DNA of 64,000 nucleotides from positions 11,222,001 to 11,286,000 of the forward strand of contig OZ176050.1 in NCBI GenBank assembly GCA_964247055.1, given 5' to 3'. Numbering within the stretch: position 1 is the stretch's first letter; every line of letters begins with the position of its first letter. This document shows, in pieces, positions 49,921 through 62,871 of the stretch. The notes beneath the pieces are model-generated. The model had not been told where the DNA came from. It worked only from the letters and a program-made list of their open reading frames with translations, and did no database searches. The translations under genes were made by a program, and so were the position numbers. This stretch comes from Paragordius varius (taxonomy: Eukaryota; Animalia; Nematomorpha).

Positions 49921-51053
49921 GGGTGGAGTGAATAAAAAAAAGGAACCCCTTTAAGTGTTTCCTATGCTCACTTTTTCAAAGAAAGGGTTTCCTTATAATT
50001 CATATAAAAAACACATCTGATTAACTCTCGAGTTTCCTTAAACCATGCCTAAAACCGATATAAATGTACCTAAAGAAAAATTGAGACTTCTTCTTGCAAA
50101 GTAACTTAATATTTAATATTTTAGATATCCCATAGTTTTTAACAAATCTATGGTACCGTATATTGTAATTCAAAAAAAGAATATAAAAATCTACAAAATG
50201 ATTTGTTGTCAGAAACAAAGAAATATTATGATATAGATCAGATATAGCGATAGATATGAAAACTTCAATCAAAAAAATATGATTTAAATAATACAGGAAA
50301 CGTTGTCATAAAAGATCGCACGAAATCGGAGGAAATATTCCTAAATTCTTAAGATCGCACAGAATCGGAAGAATTTTTAAATTATCATGACAATCTAATT
50401 CACATTTTAAATTAAATAATAAATAGATTAAAGTTTATTTATGCATTTTTTTATGATAAAATAATAGTTTGTATACAAATTTTCATTTAGCAAAAATAAC
50501 TAATAAACTGATTGACTTAATATTTTTGAGGCTTGCATATACTAAGAAATGAGATTTGTTCGTTAATCGAAATCAGGAAAAAATATTTTGTCATAAAGTT
50601 TATTGTTTGATTATTAAATCGTAGATTTTTTTTATAGATAATTGATTCTCTTATATCTTTTTTTGTTTCTTATCTAAGATCGTTGAGCAAACATTTAGTT
50701 TCTACGCTGTATTCCAAATATACTAGAAAAAATGTATAAAAAAAACTTTGAAAATTGAAATTTTAACTTATCGAATCCAATATCAAAACCGTATTAGCTC
50801 TAATTGCCTTGTTTGATCCTCTACTATCGATTGTTATAAAATTTATAAATATATAAGGATGGTATTTAGCATCCTAAAAAATATGTAGGGTTTCCTTTAA
50901 TAAATTTTTTTATTCACTTGAAAACAAGTGTTTCCTTAAAAATCTAATGTTAATTTTTTTAGGGTTTCCTTAGCATTTTATTCACTCCAAATTAAGGAAT
51001 CTTTTAAAAAAGCTAAGGAAAGAGTGTTTCCTTTTTTTTATTCACTCCACCCG
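49921..51053. mobile_element. Mariner/Tc1-like non-autonomous element
   Basis: TA|GGGTGGAGTGAATAAAAAAAAGGAA...TTCCTTTTTTTTATTCACTCCACCCG|TA; internal repeats of ttattcact and gtttcct. Confidence 0.7.
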
Positions 51054-52032
51054 TAGATTTATTTTTAACCTCTTAAAACCGAAATAATCCTGATAAATAT
51101 TATCAACAAAATGTCTAAAAGTTTTTCGGGGGTCGTTAAGAAACCCGCTTTCATATCGGGAATTACAAAAGTCTAAGAAGCTCTGCTCTATAGCATCCTC
51201 TTAGTTATAAAAATTTTGAGTTTAATATTAAATTAAATATGGTGTTTATTAGTTACGGCGCGGTATTTTTATGACAAATCAGGGGATCAAACAATCGATT
51301 TGGCAATTTCGATGCTGTTCTATAAAAATAAAACATTTTAATCATTTAATTTAAATGATATAAAATAAATTTTCATTTTTTTAAGTGTTATCAAAGCGTC
51401 TATGTGCATAAAACGGTTATTTATAAAATACCTTAACCTTCATGATATACGTGAAAATTTAATAAATAATCATAGTTATATTAGGATTATAAAATTGACT
51501 GCAGATTACGTTTGAGAGACACCACTGGATTGGGGGAGTGATATATGCAAACTTCCCAACACTTTTAAGCGCACATATTATTGATATTTTCTCACTATCA
51601 TAATTAACTCTAAATTTTTGTTTGTTAAATTATTTGTTGCTATTGCTACTACACAATCCAAGTTTATATTGCGAGCTACCTGGCTATAAGAAAACAAATC
51701 ATTATTAGAAGTCTTGTGATTTTTCTAAATAGAGTGTATCCCAAGATGGAATTATCATATATATATATATATATATATATACAATAAGATAAACTCTTTC
51801 CAAAACATGGCGCGTTGAAGAAAGTTAACTTTATAAAAAAATAATTGTATTTGGGAAAAAGTAGAACATATTAACATTACCTATATATAATATAATGTAT
51901 GTACTTGATGTAATACGATTTGCGCCCCCTAAAATGTGAATAAATATTTGGCTCGGCTAAAGTTTAGAATTCCAATTCGAAGGTAATAAAACTACCTAAA
52001 ACATAATGAGGGAATAGTAGAATTGTTTAGAT

Positions 52033-53020
52033 TAGGGGTGGCCAATCTTTTTTTTTCGCGGGCTTTTTGGAGAAAAATTCACGCGGGGACGTATGAATAT
52101 TAAGTATTAAAAGATTCATTTATCGAACACAAAGATATATATACATATATATAATATATATTTAAGGATTGGGGCGGCACAGGGCATTTTAAAATAAATA
52201 TTACGAAAATTAATTATTTTTTGAGCAGTTATTTATAATCTTATATAACAATACATAAATAATGTTGATTTAGAAGGCCTCTGGTTGCCGCCATCATTAC
52301 AAATATAAAACGGTCACGTTATTCAATTTATTATATTTACAATGGATAATTAACTGTACATCTTGCGGTGGATTTATTTACCAGATTTGATGTATTATTG
52401 CATACCAGGCTTTAAATGTCGTTATGCTTCTAGATGTAATTTCCATCAAAAGAGTGTTGCGCCGCAGTTTATTATAGTTAAAAGTTGGTTTTCACATAGT
52501 CAACTAGAGATGTAATATGGTTGTCGTACTGCTTTTTGAGAAAAGACATTTTTACTACTTATCTATCCTACAAAAGAAATTTATTCAAATCCACAATTAA
52601 GATATAAAATCGCTCTTGATTTAGAAAATTGATGCGATATCTCAAAAAAATTGCAATTTGATTTTTGTTATGCTAAGATTTGAGGTATTTTATAGATATA
52701 AAGCGTAGTAAAATGTCTTTGGAGATTTGCTTTTTAGGCAAAGCTACAGTGTAGTTGCGTAAACAAGTACTTATTCATTAAAAATAATAATTTTTGCATT
52801 TATTTCTATCACGATAAATTAAATATTTTTCTGACTTGATTTTTAGTCATATTAAAACATGAAAGTTAGAATAAAATATGATTTTTTGTTAAAAAGTAAA
52901 TTCCTTAAACAAAAAAATAAATTATAATTTTGGGGGAAAAAATTCTTTGCAAAATTTTTCTTTTTTTATAAAATCTTGAAGTCACGAAATCGACCGCGGT
53001 CAACCGTTTGGCCAACCTTA
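52033..53020. mobile_element. hAT (Charlie/Buster-like) deletion derivative
   Basis: Perfect 8-bp TSD GTTTAGAT (52025-52032 and 53021-53028); TIR TAGGGGTGGCCAA/TTGGCCAACCTTA; faint stop-riddled similarity to a transposase C-terminus (LCEN) on the minus strand. Confidence 0.8.
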
Positions 53021-53271
53021 GTTTAGATATATGCGCATTTTTGAAATAAATTACATTTTACAAAAACATCTTATGACTATAGTAATATTTTAGTTTACAC
53101 AAAAATAATTTAACGGTAATGGATATGATTTTTTAGGATTATAAGAGCTTAAAAATTTTACATTATGATGCATATCAAATTAATGAATTAACATAAGGGA
53201 GAAACTGCGATTTAAATATATTAATAAATACTAACACTTAGTAATATAAGTAATTTTATGAAAAATATAAT

Positions 53272-53780
53272 TTATTTATCATCTTGATTTTCATATCGTA
53301 ATGTCAAATGGCATTTCCCACAATATTGTCGATCAAAATGGTTGGCCATAAATACCCCACTGCCACAAGTTTGATTTGGGCACTCTCGCCTTAAACGTGT
53401 AATTTTTCCCTTTTCGTCAACCTTAAATTATAAATAGGAAAACCTTATAAAATTTCAAAACAGCCAATTTAACTTTCTTCTTTTTGTGTTTAATCTTCTT
53501 AGGAGTTGTGTAATTTTTTTTCTTCCGTTTTTTCCCACCACCCAACAAATTCAAAACAAGATGTAATGTGCATTCATTTTCAATATCATAATCGGATAAA
53601 ATTCCTTCATTAAGTAATTTTCCACCAAATATCAGACGTTGATCATCAACAAGAATATCCTCCCTACTTTCGATAACATTTTTTAGTTCATTTACAGAAG
53701 TAAGAGGGGAAACCTATAATAAAATAATTAACTACCTGGTAAGTTTTAGTTCCTGTCAAAGCGTTTACAAATATCTGCAT
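53272..53780 (-). CDS. RPS27A: Ubiquitin-like domain fused to 40S ribosomal protein S27a (eS31), 3 exons, 154 aa
   Basis: Exons 53736-53780, 53444-53713 and 53272-53421 (two 22-nt introns). S27a part [71 protein letters not shown] with four Zn-binding cysteines. Confidence 0.95.
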
Positions 53781-53999
53781 TAGGAAGTTCAGCCGATCAT
53801 AATAACATAAATCAGGTGTAGTGTAAAAGCATGGATAAAGTAATGAAAGAATATTAAAAATTTAAATTTGGTAAAATTGACAATTTATGTCACTACTTTT
53901 TAGACACTAATTGCATAAGTTTGCACTTATAAAACATGTCAACGACGCTCATTTTAAATATGGATATTATATCCCAAGCTTCTTCTAAATCTCTATTAA

Positions 54000-54560
54000 C
54001 ACTTCGATTCAAATTGGGGTTTCTAAATACCCCAGACAAAATTTAAATTAAAATTTCTGAATACCTACTAAAGGAAATGGTTTTAATTTAAATTTATGCT
54101 TCTATCCTGATAAATATTATATAAGTATGCCAAAATATCTTGATAAAATTTTGTTTTGAAAAAAAAAGTTCCATGTCAAAATACTTCGACGCATTTTTAT
54201 TTTACAAAATTTTTGCAAAAATCGTCTTCATTTAATTTTAAGGGTGAAACTAAAGCTTATTTTTTATATAAATTACATCTAACATTGGTTTTATTTGTAT
54301 TATTTTTTAATTTTACAATTTGACACATGTCACGTTGTATATTTTTACCTTTCGGTTTTAGCGCAAAATAAATAATATCAAGTATTTTTAAATAAATTTT
54401 TTTATATATTTCGGTTTATTAATGTTATATAAATGCAAAATTTTGCGATGGTTTCGATTCCTTCCATACTTTTTTAAGTATTTGATTTTAAACAGGCCTG
54501 GGATATCCAACTACCCCAATTTGAATCGAAGGACTAAAATGAGTGTGTTGTATCCAAGTG
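54000..54560 (+). mobile_element. TTAA-flanked piggyBac-like non-autonomous element
   Basis: TTAA|CACTTCGATTCAAATTGGGG...CCCCAATTTGAATCGAAG-(~24-nt spacer)-AGTG|TTAA; the asymmetric inner inverted repeat is typical of piggyBac ends. Confidence 0.7.
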
Positions 54561-57500
54561 TTAAATCTGCATAAAATCATTTAAATTGTTATATAACAAT
54601 AAAGCCTTAAAAAGAGAAAGGTACAAAAAACTTTTTATTATATTTATAAAACTTGCAGGCGAAAATTTATAAAAGACGTGAGTGAATTATCTAGATGCGA
54701 ATTCGTTTCTTATGATATTTTTTTGTCACCACACAGAGTCTACAAAAATATGCTGAACATATATTTATGTAGGAAAATGTAAAAAGAATATTGTGTTGTT
54801 TTGTTACCCATATGAAAAAGTATTGTAATTTTTGTGACTGGTCTATATGAAAATGGCGAAATCCCACATATCAAGATATTTTCTTGAAACTAATTGCTTG
54901 ATTCTAATAAATCACTAAAGTATGTCCTAAAATATTAAAAAGCAAGAGAATATTTTAAAAATCAATATTTGGATGTAAGCTCCGGATAGTCGCAAATTAT
55001 TTTTTTTAAAAATGAGCAACTTATAAACTCAATGCCGATGTTACGCGATAAATTTTTAAAATTTATGCCAAATATTGATATGAAAAGATTTTTCCGAAAA
55101 ATAAATATTTAATTAATTTCGAAAAAAGTTTTGGGAAGTGAGTTTTTATGTATTTTTAAATATAGTGTAAACGATATAAAAACCTCTTTTTAGAAAATTC
55201 GATTGAATATTTCTATCAACTCAGTTAATTAAATGACGTGTTTAACGACAAATCAAAGGTATATAAAAGGTTGTTTCAAAAATAAAATTTGGGGAAACCT
55301 ATTGTTATAGGGTTTGCTTGCAAGCAGATCCGAATACGATTAACAGTGTCCACAAAACAAAAATCCTGTGGAAATAATTATATTCTGATTGAAAATGTTT
55401 TAAGCCCTAACGAAATATATGAAAAAGCTATTTTACTGCTCCATATAAGAAGATAGCCAAATTCACATATTTAAAAAGGGTATTTGGTGAAAGTTTAATA
55501 CTTTATTCCAAAAAATATAACAATATAAATAAACTACATATAAACATCAAAAAATTATATAATATTAACTCCTAGATGCGGGATCCGAAGTCTAATTACC
55601 CTTATAAAATAGGCAATTTCTATTCGAAAACGCTCAAATAAAACGAGATCGCGTAAAAAAAATTAACAGTTTATTACCTTTTGGGATAGTTTTTACTAGA
55701 TTTTACTATTTAAATATTTTTATAGTATTTAAGGGACTAGCTAAATTTAAAATATCCTTTTTTTAGCCTTGTAGGCGGATTAGACAAATTTTTTAGAAAA
55801 ATGTAAAATTACAAAAATCCTCATCTCAGTCTTTTTGCCCCCATTATTTTCTCTATTTTTCTAAGTCACTTAAGTAAATATATGGTTAGAAATTGTAAAT
55901 AATAATTAACTTTAAAATGCTTTCAGGTTACATTTTACCCAAAACCTGATTTTTGATTTAATATCAGCTGTTCGTTTCAATCATGTTTTGTGGCCCAAAT
56001 TCAGACGTCACACAACTGTAAAAAATATAAAATTTTTTAGCAAATACATGAGAACAATCATTGATTAATACTGGAGTTCAAATAAAAATTTGAGTTCTGG
56101 GATATAAAACTATCCCCATATTAAATTAGCACAAAAAATGAAAAGGTTGTGTATTAAATCGATGCTAAATTTTAACATTAAATAAAAATATTTTTAAAAA
56201 TGATATTTTATTAAAAATTAAATTCATAGCATAATTTTATTAAAGTGTACTATATAAATATTTCGAATAAGGAAACGGTATAAAAACGGTTTAAGATATT
56301 ATAATAATGCTTTTTAATCGATGATGCTAAATTCTATCACCTCAGAGTTTTAATAATAGTTCGTTTGCCTTAAAATTTGAATGATTTTTGCAATAAATAG
56401 AATTTTGTTTTAATATAAATTTTTAGCCTGGTGATGATTTTATCAAAATTACCATGTGATAAAAATAATCAGCATTATATAAAATGTATTTTTCTTTAAG
56501 CGTAACCCATTTCCATAATGGCTTTAAATAATAAGTAGTAAGCTTAACAAATATTCGCTATAAACTAAGCTTTTGAAAGTAATTTTTTATGATTATTTTT
56601 ATTTGCTATCAAAATTTAGCATCAATTTACAATTTTTATCACGTCTCGGCCTTTATGGACTTATTTTAAGAAAACTAGTTCATCTTAGGGCGACATATCT
56701 GGGAGTTTAGGAGCCCACAGCTAAAAACAAAATTTTCTATATGTGTTTAAATGTAGTTTTTGTATATTGTAGTGATATTTTTTGGGAATAAGCATTTTAG
56801 CTTTCACCAAAAAATTTTTTTTTACAAAATTAGGGCATTTCTGATCCTTAACACTAAAGTGCAAATAATTTTTTAAATTACTTGTACAAGATAAAACCAA
56901 AAGCACCACGATGATCCTAAAACATTTTCTATCAGAATAAATATGTTTTATCACAGACGCAGTGTAGATCTAAAAAATTTACTTAAGTTTTGCAAAACAC
57001 ACAATTCCATTAAAGATCAATAATCGAAAAAGAGGATTTACATAAAATGCCCCTGCAAATATGGGAAAATGCCCAGATACTTAACTTATCAAATGGTTTT
57101 TTAAATTTTGATTTGAAACAGAATAATATCATAATACCAATATTATCCAAATGTTGTGCTTGATTAACACCTATAAATGATTTTAAAAACAATCACCCTC
57201 TCATTTATAATATAAAGTTTTTTCCAGATTTTCTCTTAAGTTGTTTTAACTACCATGCACTTGCATTTTAAAAAATTGATAAGTATTGATTGTTTAAATA
57301 CCTAATTCTAAACATGAATTTTACAGGATGTATTTCTAACAAACTAATTTAATATATACTAAAAATCAATCGGAACCTTCAATCTAATTAGAATTCAAAT
57401 ATCTACTCAAATTTAGGAGATGATATTCAACAGTTGAAAATGAAAATTACAAAATTGAATAACAAAATTTGAATATGCTTTGCCGATTTTTTCACAAGAC

Positions 57501-57949
57501 AATAACATAATTTTCTCAAAACTTACTCGCAAAGTTTTGACAAATTATGGGGTATCTTATTTATGCAAGATATGTGTGACTCTGATGTGACCTAAACAAT
57601 TCCGTTTTAAGGCTCATTCGGTTTAAATAATACGTTCGGTATACTTGGAAATTATTCTCCAACCTCTATTTATTATGCGATTGATACGGTTATTTTTGCA
57701 CTCATTTCAAGCCCATCGCAAACATGGCAACATTTCGTAGTTAAATGTGGGAACTATAATTAGAAAATTAATCACACGCAATCAAAAATTTAAATTAATC
57801 TGGAAGTTGCTAACAATTGGCCATCTACGTAATTTTGTTAAATATTAAATAATTTCTGATATCTTAAAATTAAACGGTCAGAATTAATTTTAATATGTTC
57901 TGGACATCATATGCGTAATTAGGTCGATTGAACCCCTTGAAAATTAAAT

Positions 57950-60130
57950 TAACTAGTTCCACTTGTCTCTTTCATATGCTATTTTTAATTTATATCGGAC
58001 TCTTTTTTTACAGTGTCCAGCCATCTTAACATTGGTCTCCTTTTGTTTCCATTCAACTCTCCCAAAAATCAATTTTATCAAGAAATGTCCTTCTCAAAAT
58101 GTGCCCTATATACGTAAACCTCCCATTTATTATATTTCCATTAAGTTACTCTCTTTATTTAATTTTTCCCTTATTGATTTATTTTTAATCTTGTCAGATC
58201 GACCACCTTATATTCAACAATCTCTTCCAACACCACATTTAAAAATCTGATATCTTTTATTTATCATTAAGTTTCAATTTCTAACTTTATGCAGCATTCG
58301 CCACCGGAAAAATCATGCATTTCATAACAATTAATTTAGTTTTGATAGTCATATCTTTACTTTTCCAAATCATCTTATTAACTGCCTTTTCAAGTCCTAT
58401 ATGCGACGTTTAATATCTGGCGTAGATTAGGACTAAGAAAAGGGTTTTATTTTTTACTTCAACTGGGGTGTTTTCTCTGGTTACATTCCACTTATTTTTG
58501 ATAAACTCATAATTATGGTTTTCTCAAGATTTAAGTCCAATCCATATTTTTTATTTTCTTCCACCAGCCTTATTATATTATTTAAACTTTCTATACTATC
58601 TGCAATCAGCGTTGTGTCATCTGCGCTCCTTAAATTGTTATCCTTTCCCACTATCCCTAGGCTTTATGTAAGTTCATCAGCATTTTCATGATCATTTGTG
58701 TACAAATGTTAAACAATTGTGGTGAAAACTATAGATTTATTGGTTCTACCCATCGAGTTTGTAGCATAGAAATTAAGAAAATATTAAGTTTGACCCCAAA
58801 CGCCTGTCTATAATCTATACAATATATATAAACACACTTATACTCCTTACACGTTTCGATTCTGCGCACATCAGAGATATGATCAAGGCTATCACTAACC
58901 TGTTTTGGATAACTTTGAGTAAAGTTTTGCTTGTATGACTGATAAGAGCTCCCTTAAAACTGAGTTAAAGTTTGCCAGTCTTTTAACCAATTATTTGACC
59001 CATACTTTTTAACACAATCTTTGTATAACGATATCTTATTATTAATTAATATCTATTCCAGAGGATCCTTATTGGTGTCGTTTATAGCATTTCCAATATA
59101 TAGCTCTTCCTCATTTCCATTTATTTGTTTATCTGGAAACCTGGATGCCCTCTGTGGTTTAATAAAATTTTTCCACCTTAATTCTCTTTTTTACAATTTT
59201 TATGTTTGGGTGTTATTATTACGTAAATTCTTTTGATTGTTTGGTGTTCTTTCAATTTTTTCAGTTCGTTCTTTTTTTGGCTCTGGAAAGAATATTATTT
59301 TTTTACTACTATATATTTTTTCCGCCTATATTCTTAGCTATTCTTCTTCAAATATTTTTATACAGTCTGCTGATAATATTTTAAATTTTATTTTTTAATA
59401 AATTATTGTTTTAATGCTATTTCATTGTGTTTCTGAGTTCTTTGCTTCATTTATCAATTCATTGTTTAATTCTAACTTATACTTAAGGGACATGTAAGTT
59501 GTCTTTGTATTCTTACCCTCTCTTGCGGGTTTTATCATCCGCGTTTCGATTGTTGTTATAAATAGTTGGTGATCGCTTGAGCAGCCGCATTTCTTAGTTT
59601 AGCATTTATATCCCATGTTGTCCTATAAAATATATAATTTGATTTTCCATTTTCCACAAGGGAAGGTTTAGGTGTATAATCGTTTTAAATGTTGTTCATC
59701 TGTTCACAATACAGTAGCGTATGGAGTAAAACATTATTAGTCCATAAAAGAATAAAAAAATGATTTTTTAAAAAAACAATCCTAGTTGTAAATACACATA
59801 TCTATAATATCCCCTTGTTTTTTAAATAAAAACATTTTTTTTCTTCTATGGACTAATATTGTTTACACCATACGCTAATGTAAATGTTTGATGAATAATT
59901 CTATCAATCGTTCTCCAGCATCGTTGTTTTCACCTAATCTAAATTCTCCTACTATCATGTCTTACTCTTGATTTTTACCTTTTACTTTTCCAATTGCCAC
60001 CTATTATAGTCATATCCTTTTTATGTAGGGGGTTATTAGGACGCTATTTAAATTCAACTAGATGGCTGGCCAATGCAACTATTTTTGTCACGTCTTTATG
60101 AGTGTAAGGGGCGAACTTTAAAAATCTGAT
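57950..60130 (-). mobile_element. Decayed RTE-clade non-LTR retrotransposon (APE endonuclease and RT remnants)
   Basis: Minus-strand fragments FRLGENNDAGERLIE (about 59905-59950), SDHQL-like (about 59570), IDYRQAF (about 58810), NNLRSADDTTLIADS...YGLDLNLEKT (about 58520-58640) and IKRRIGL (about 58400); many stops and frameshifts. Confidence 0.8.
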
Positions 60131-61586
60131 AAATAGCTAAGCTTGATAAATTCTAAGATATAAAATGTAAACAAGAAAATGCTAAATAAAATTAACCATG
60201 AAATATCATTTCTCGGCATGTTCTTCCTACCAAACTATCTGACTCCCACAATATAACCTGGCTTGTTCGATTTGGATTGATCAGCTATAATAGGGCCCAA
60301 GAATAACAATGCTGATGGCAAATAATTGGAAAACTTGGCAAAACCCAATGACAAAACTAAAAACCGCTGGAGAAGGATATTACCAATATTGCAAAAGGTC
60401 GACGTCGATTGCGGCAACACCTTTATATATATAGAAGCCAAATAAATAAATGCTGCCCCATGCAATAAATCTGTTTTACCATAAGAAAACTCCTACATAC
60501 GAATACGAAATGTGTCTATATGGCATTTAAAAAACTTTCGGAACCAATTAAAGACTGTCCATAAAATAAAAAGCTGATGAAATGTATGTTCTAATAGAAA
60601 ATTTAAAATAAGTAAAAAAAGGCCGACCGACATTACGAGATAAAAACTGTAAATTGATTAATAAAAATAATTATTAAAAATTACATATTAGAATTTTTTA
60701 TATAAAATTTTGGTTGAAGCTTACAGATTACTCTTTATAGCCATGATGGTTTAAAAACGCTTTAAGATGATATAAAAACACATTTTCACTTTCTATCACA
60801 TCGGAATTTTGATTAAAATTATCACTAGTCTTCAAATTTATGTTAATACAAAATTTATTTTTTACAAAAATTTATTCAGCTTTAAAGCAAACGAACCTTC
60901 AATTTAAAACTCTGAGGTGATAAAAAAATTCGGCATCATCGAGTTAAAGTCTTATTATAATATTTTAAAGCGTTTTTTTAACGGTTTCCATCATGCCACG
61001 AAATAGATGACATACGCTTCAAAATAATTTTTCTAAAAATTAAATTTTTAAAAAAGTATGCATTTTTCTAACATATTAGTTGATTTCAAAATATCACATT
61101 TATTTAAAAATTTTATCGCCCGATCCCGGAATTTTCTCTTTAGACTAGCTGACTTTAGAAGAGCAAAAAAATGGGACTTTTCATATTTCACATAAAATTT
61201 AATTTTTTGAAATTATTGTTTTCCTTTTTATATGTAACTTATAATATATTTTAGTGATTTTAAACTGAGGCCTTTACCTTTCACCAAAAAAATTTATTTT
61301 AAAAATATGTGAGTCTCTTGCCATTTTCTGATATGGAGGAACTATTACAAAAGTTTAAATAACTTTTTTAATTCACACCTTATAGGGCCTAAACCAAAAG
61401 CGCCATGATAATTCTGATACAATTTAATATTAAAATATATTACATCGGATTATTTTTTATACTCCCCGAACGCAGTGTTATATAATTGGTTGCTATATAT
61501 CTTCCTGTAAATTTTAAATAAAATACCTCTTTTAGCCGAAAAATTCGTAACGTATTTGAAAATTAAATTTTACCTTTATTTTATTA

Positions 61587-62554
61587 TACTAGACAACAAA
61601 TTTTTACTTTTTTTAACTGCCATTCTTGTAAATTTAAAATTTATTTCATTAAAGTACATATTAGTATATCTGAAAAGAAAATTGGTATCACACCCAAGAA
61701 TTTTTTTATATTAGAATTTATCGATAATTTTTGCACCCGATTTAACATTAAACTCGAAATTTTGAAAATCAAAAGTTTTAGATATGAAGCCATGTATTTT
61801 ATATTATTCGAAGGAGCGTAAAACTGTATCTTTTAAATGGTAGTAAGTCATTTAAATCAATCGGATGTAAAAGGTATCTGGGTTTAAATGGTCGAAATTT
61901 TCAATCCGCAAATAAGTCAAAAGTTTTCACAGACAAACTAATTTGAAAATCATATAAATTATTTTAATATAATTATTAGGGTTATATTGGTATTTAATTT
62001 AAAAAAATGTTTGAAAAAGCTTTTGGTTTGCTTTTTTAATAAAAATTATTATTATCATAAATATTTGACCTAGTGGATACTAAAATGCATAGTTATAACT
62101 GTAAATTTATTACATAATGGCTATAAAAGATTAAAAATACCTTAAAGTTTGTTTTTATCTTTAAAATTTTGTAAATTATCAGCCTCGTAAAGAAAAATTA
62201 ATATTGATGAGATGGTAATTTTTAACAAACAAAAAACTTAAAATGGCTGTTTTGAGTGACATAAATGCAATTGTTTGAATCATAAAACTTTCCTGTATTA
62301 TCTTTTTTGGACATTCATCACCATCTGACAAAGTTTGAGCTATTTTCATCCATTAGTTTTAAAAATATATTAATTAAAAAAAATGTTCTCGATTCGCGAG
62401 TAAAATTTTGATATAGAGGGCGCATAATCAAAAAATCAAATTATTCAAAATTCTTACGTGGAGTTTTAATTTTTTATCAGATTTACTGTTTAAATGATAC
62501 TAAATATCAGAAAATGCAAAAAACTCGAGTGGCAGAAAAATTTGTTGTCCAGTG
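61587..62554 (-). mobile_element. Inverted copy of the 19106-20216 element with a ~150-bp internal deletion
   Basis: TTA|TACTAGACAACAAATTT...AAATTTGTTGTCCAGTG|TTA; collinear reverse complement throughout. Confidence 0.8.
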
Positions 62555-62871
62555 TTATAATTACCAACTTAAATATGGGTAACATTTTGTTATCTGCAGG
62601 CCATTTTTACCTGCGTAAATACAAATAAATTAATATTTCTCAGAAAATAAGAGTATATCCAAATTTTTATTTTCTAGTAGTCGGATAATTTATGCGTAAA
62701 AAAGTATTATGTCACCAAAATATCATAATGATGATACATATGGACAAACCTATATATTTTGGTTCCTGAATAAGCAAAGTCTGTTTAAAAACTTTTTTAG
62801 ATATCGAATTTGAATCTTTTTGATTAACAGAATTATTAACAATTTTACTATCTAATAATTAATATTTTTAA

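Noticed and set aside
54700-54850. piggyBac C-terminal Cys-rich domain remnant
   Set aside because: Only a vague Cys/Lys pattern interrupted by stops; too weak to call.
60235-60465. 76-aa ORF beside the LINE remnant
   Set aside because: No identifiable domain on either strand; possibly more decayed retroelement, but unsupported.
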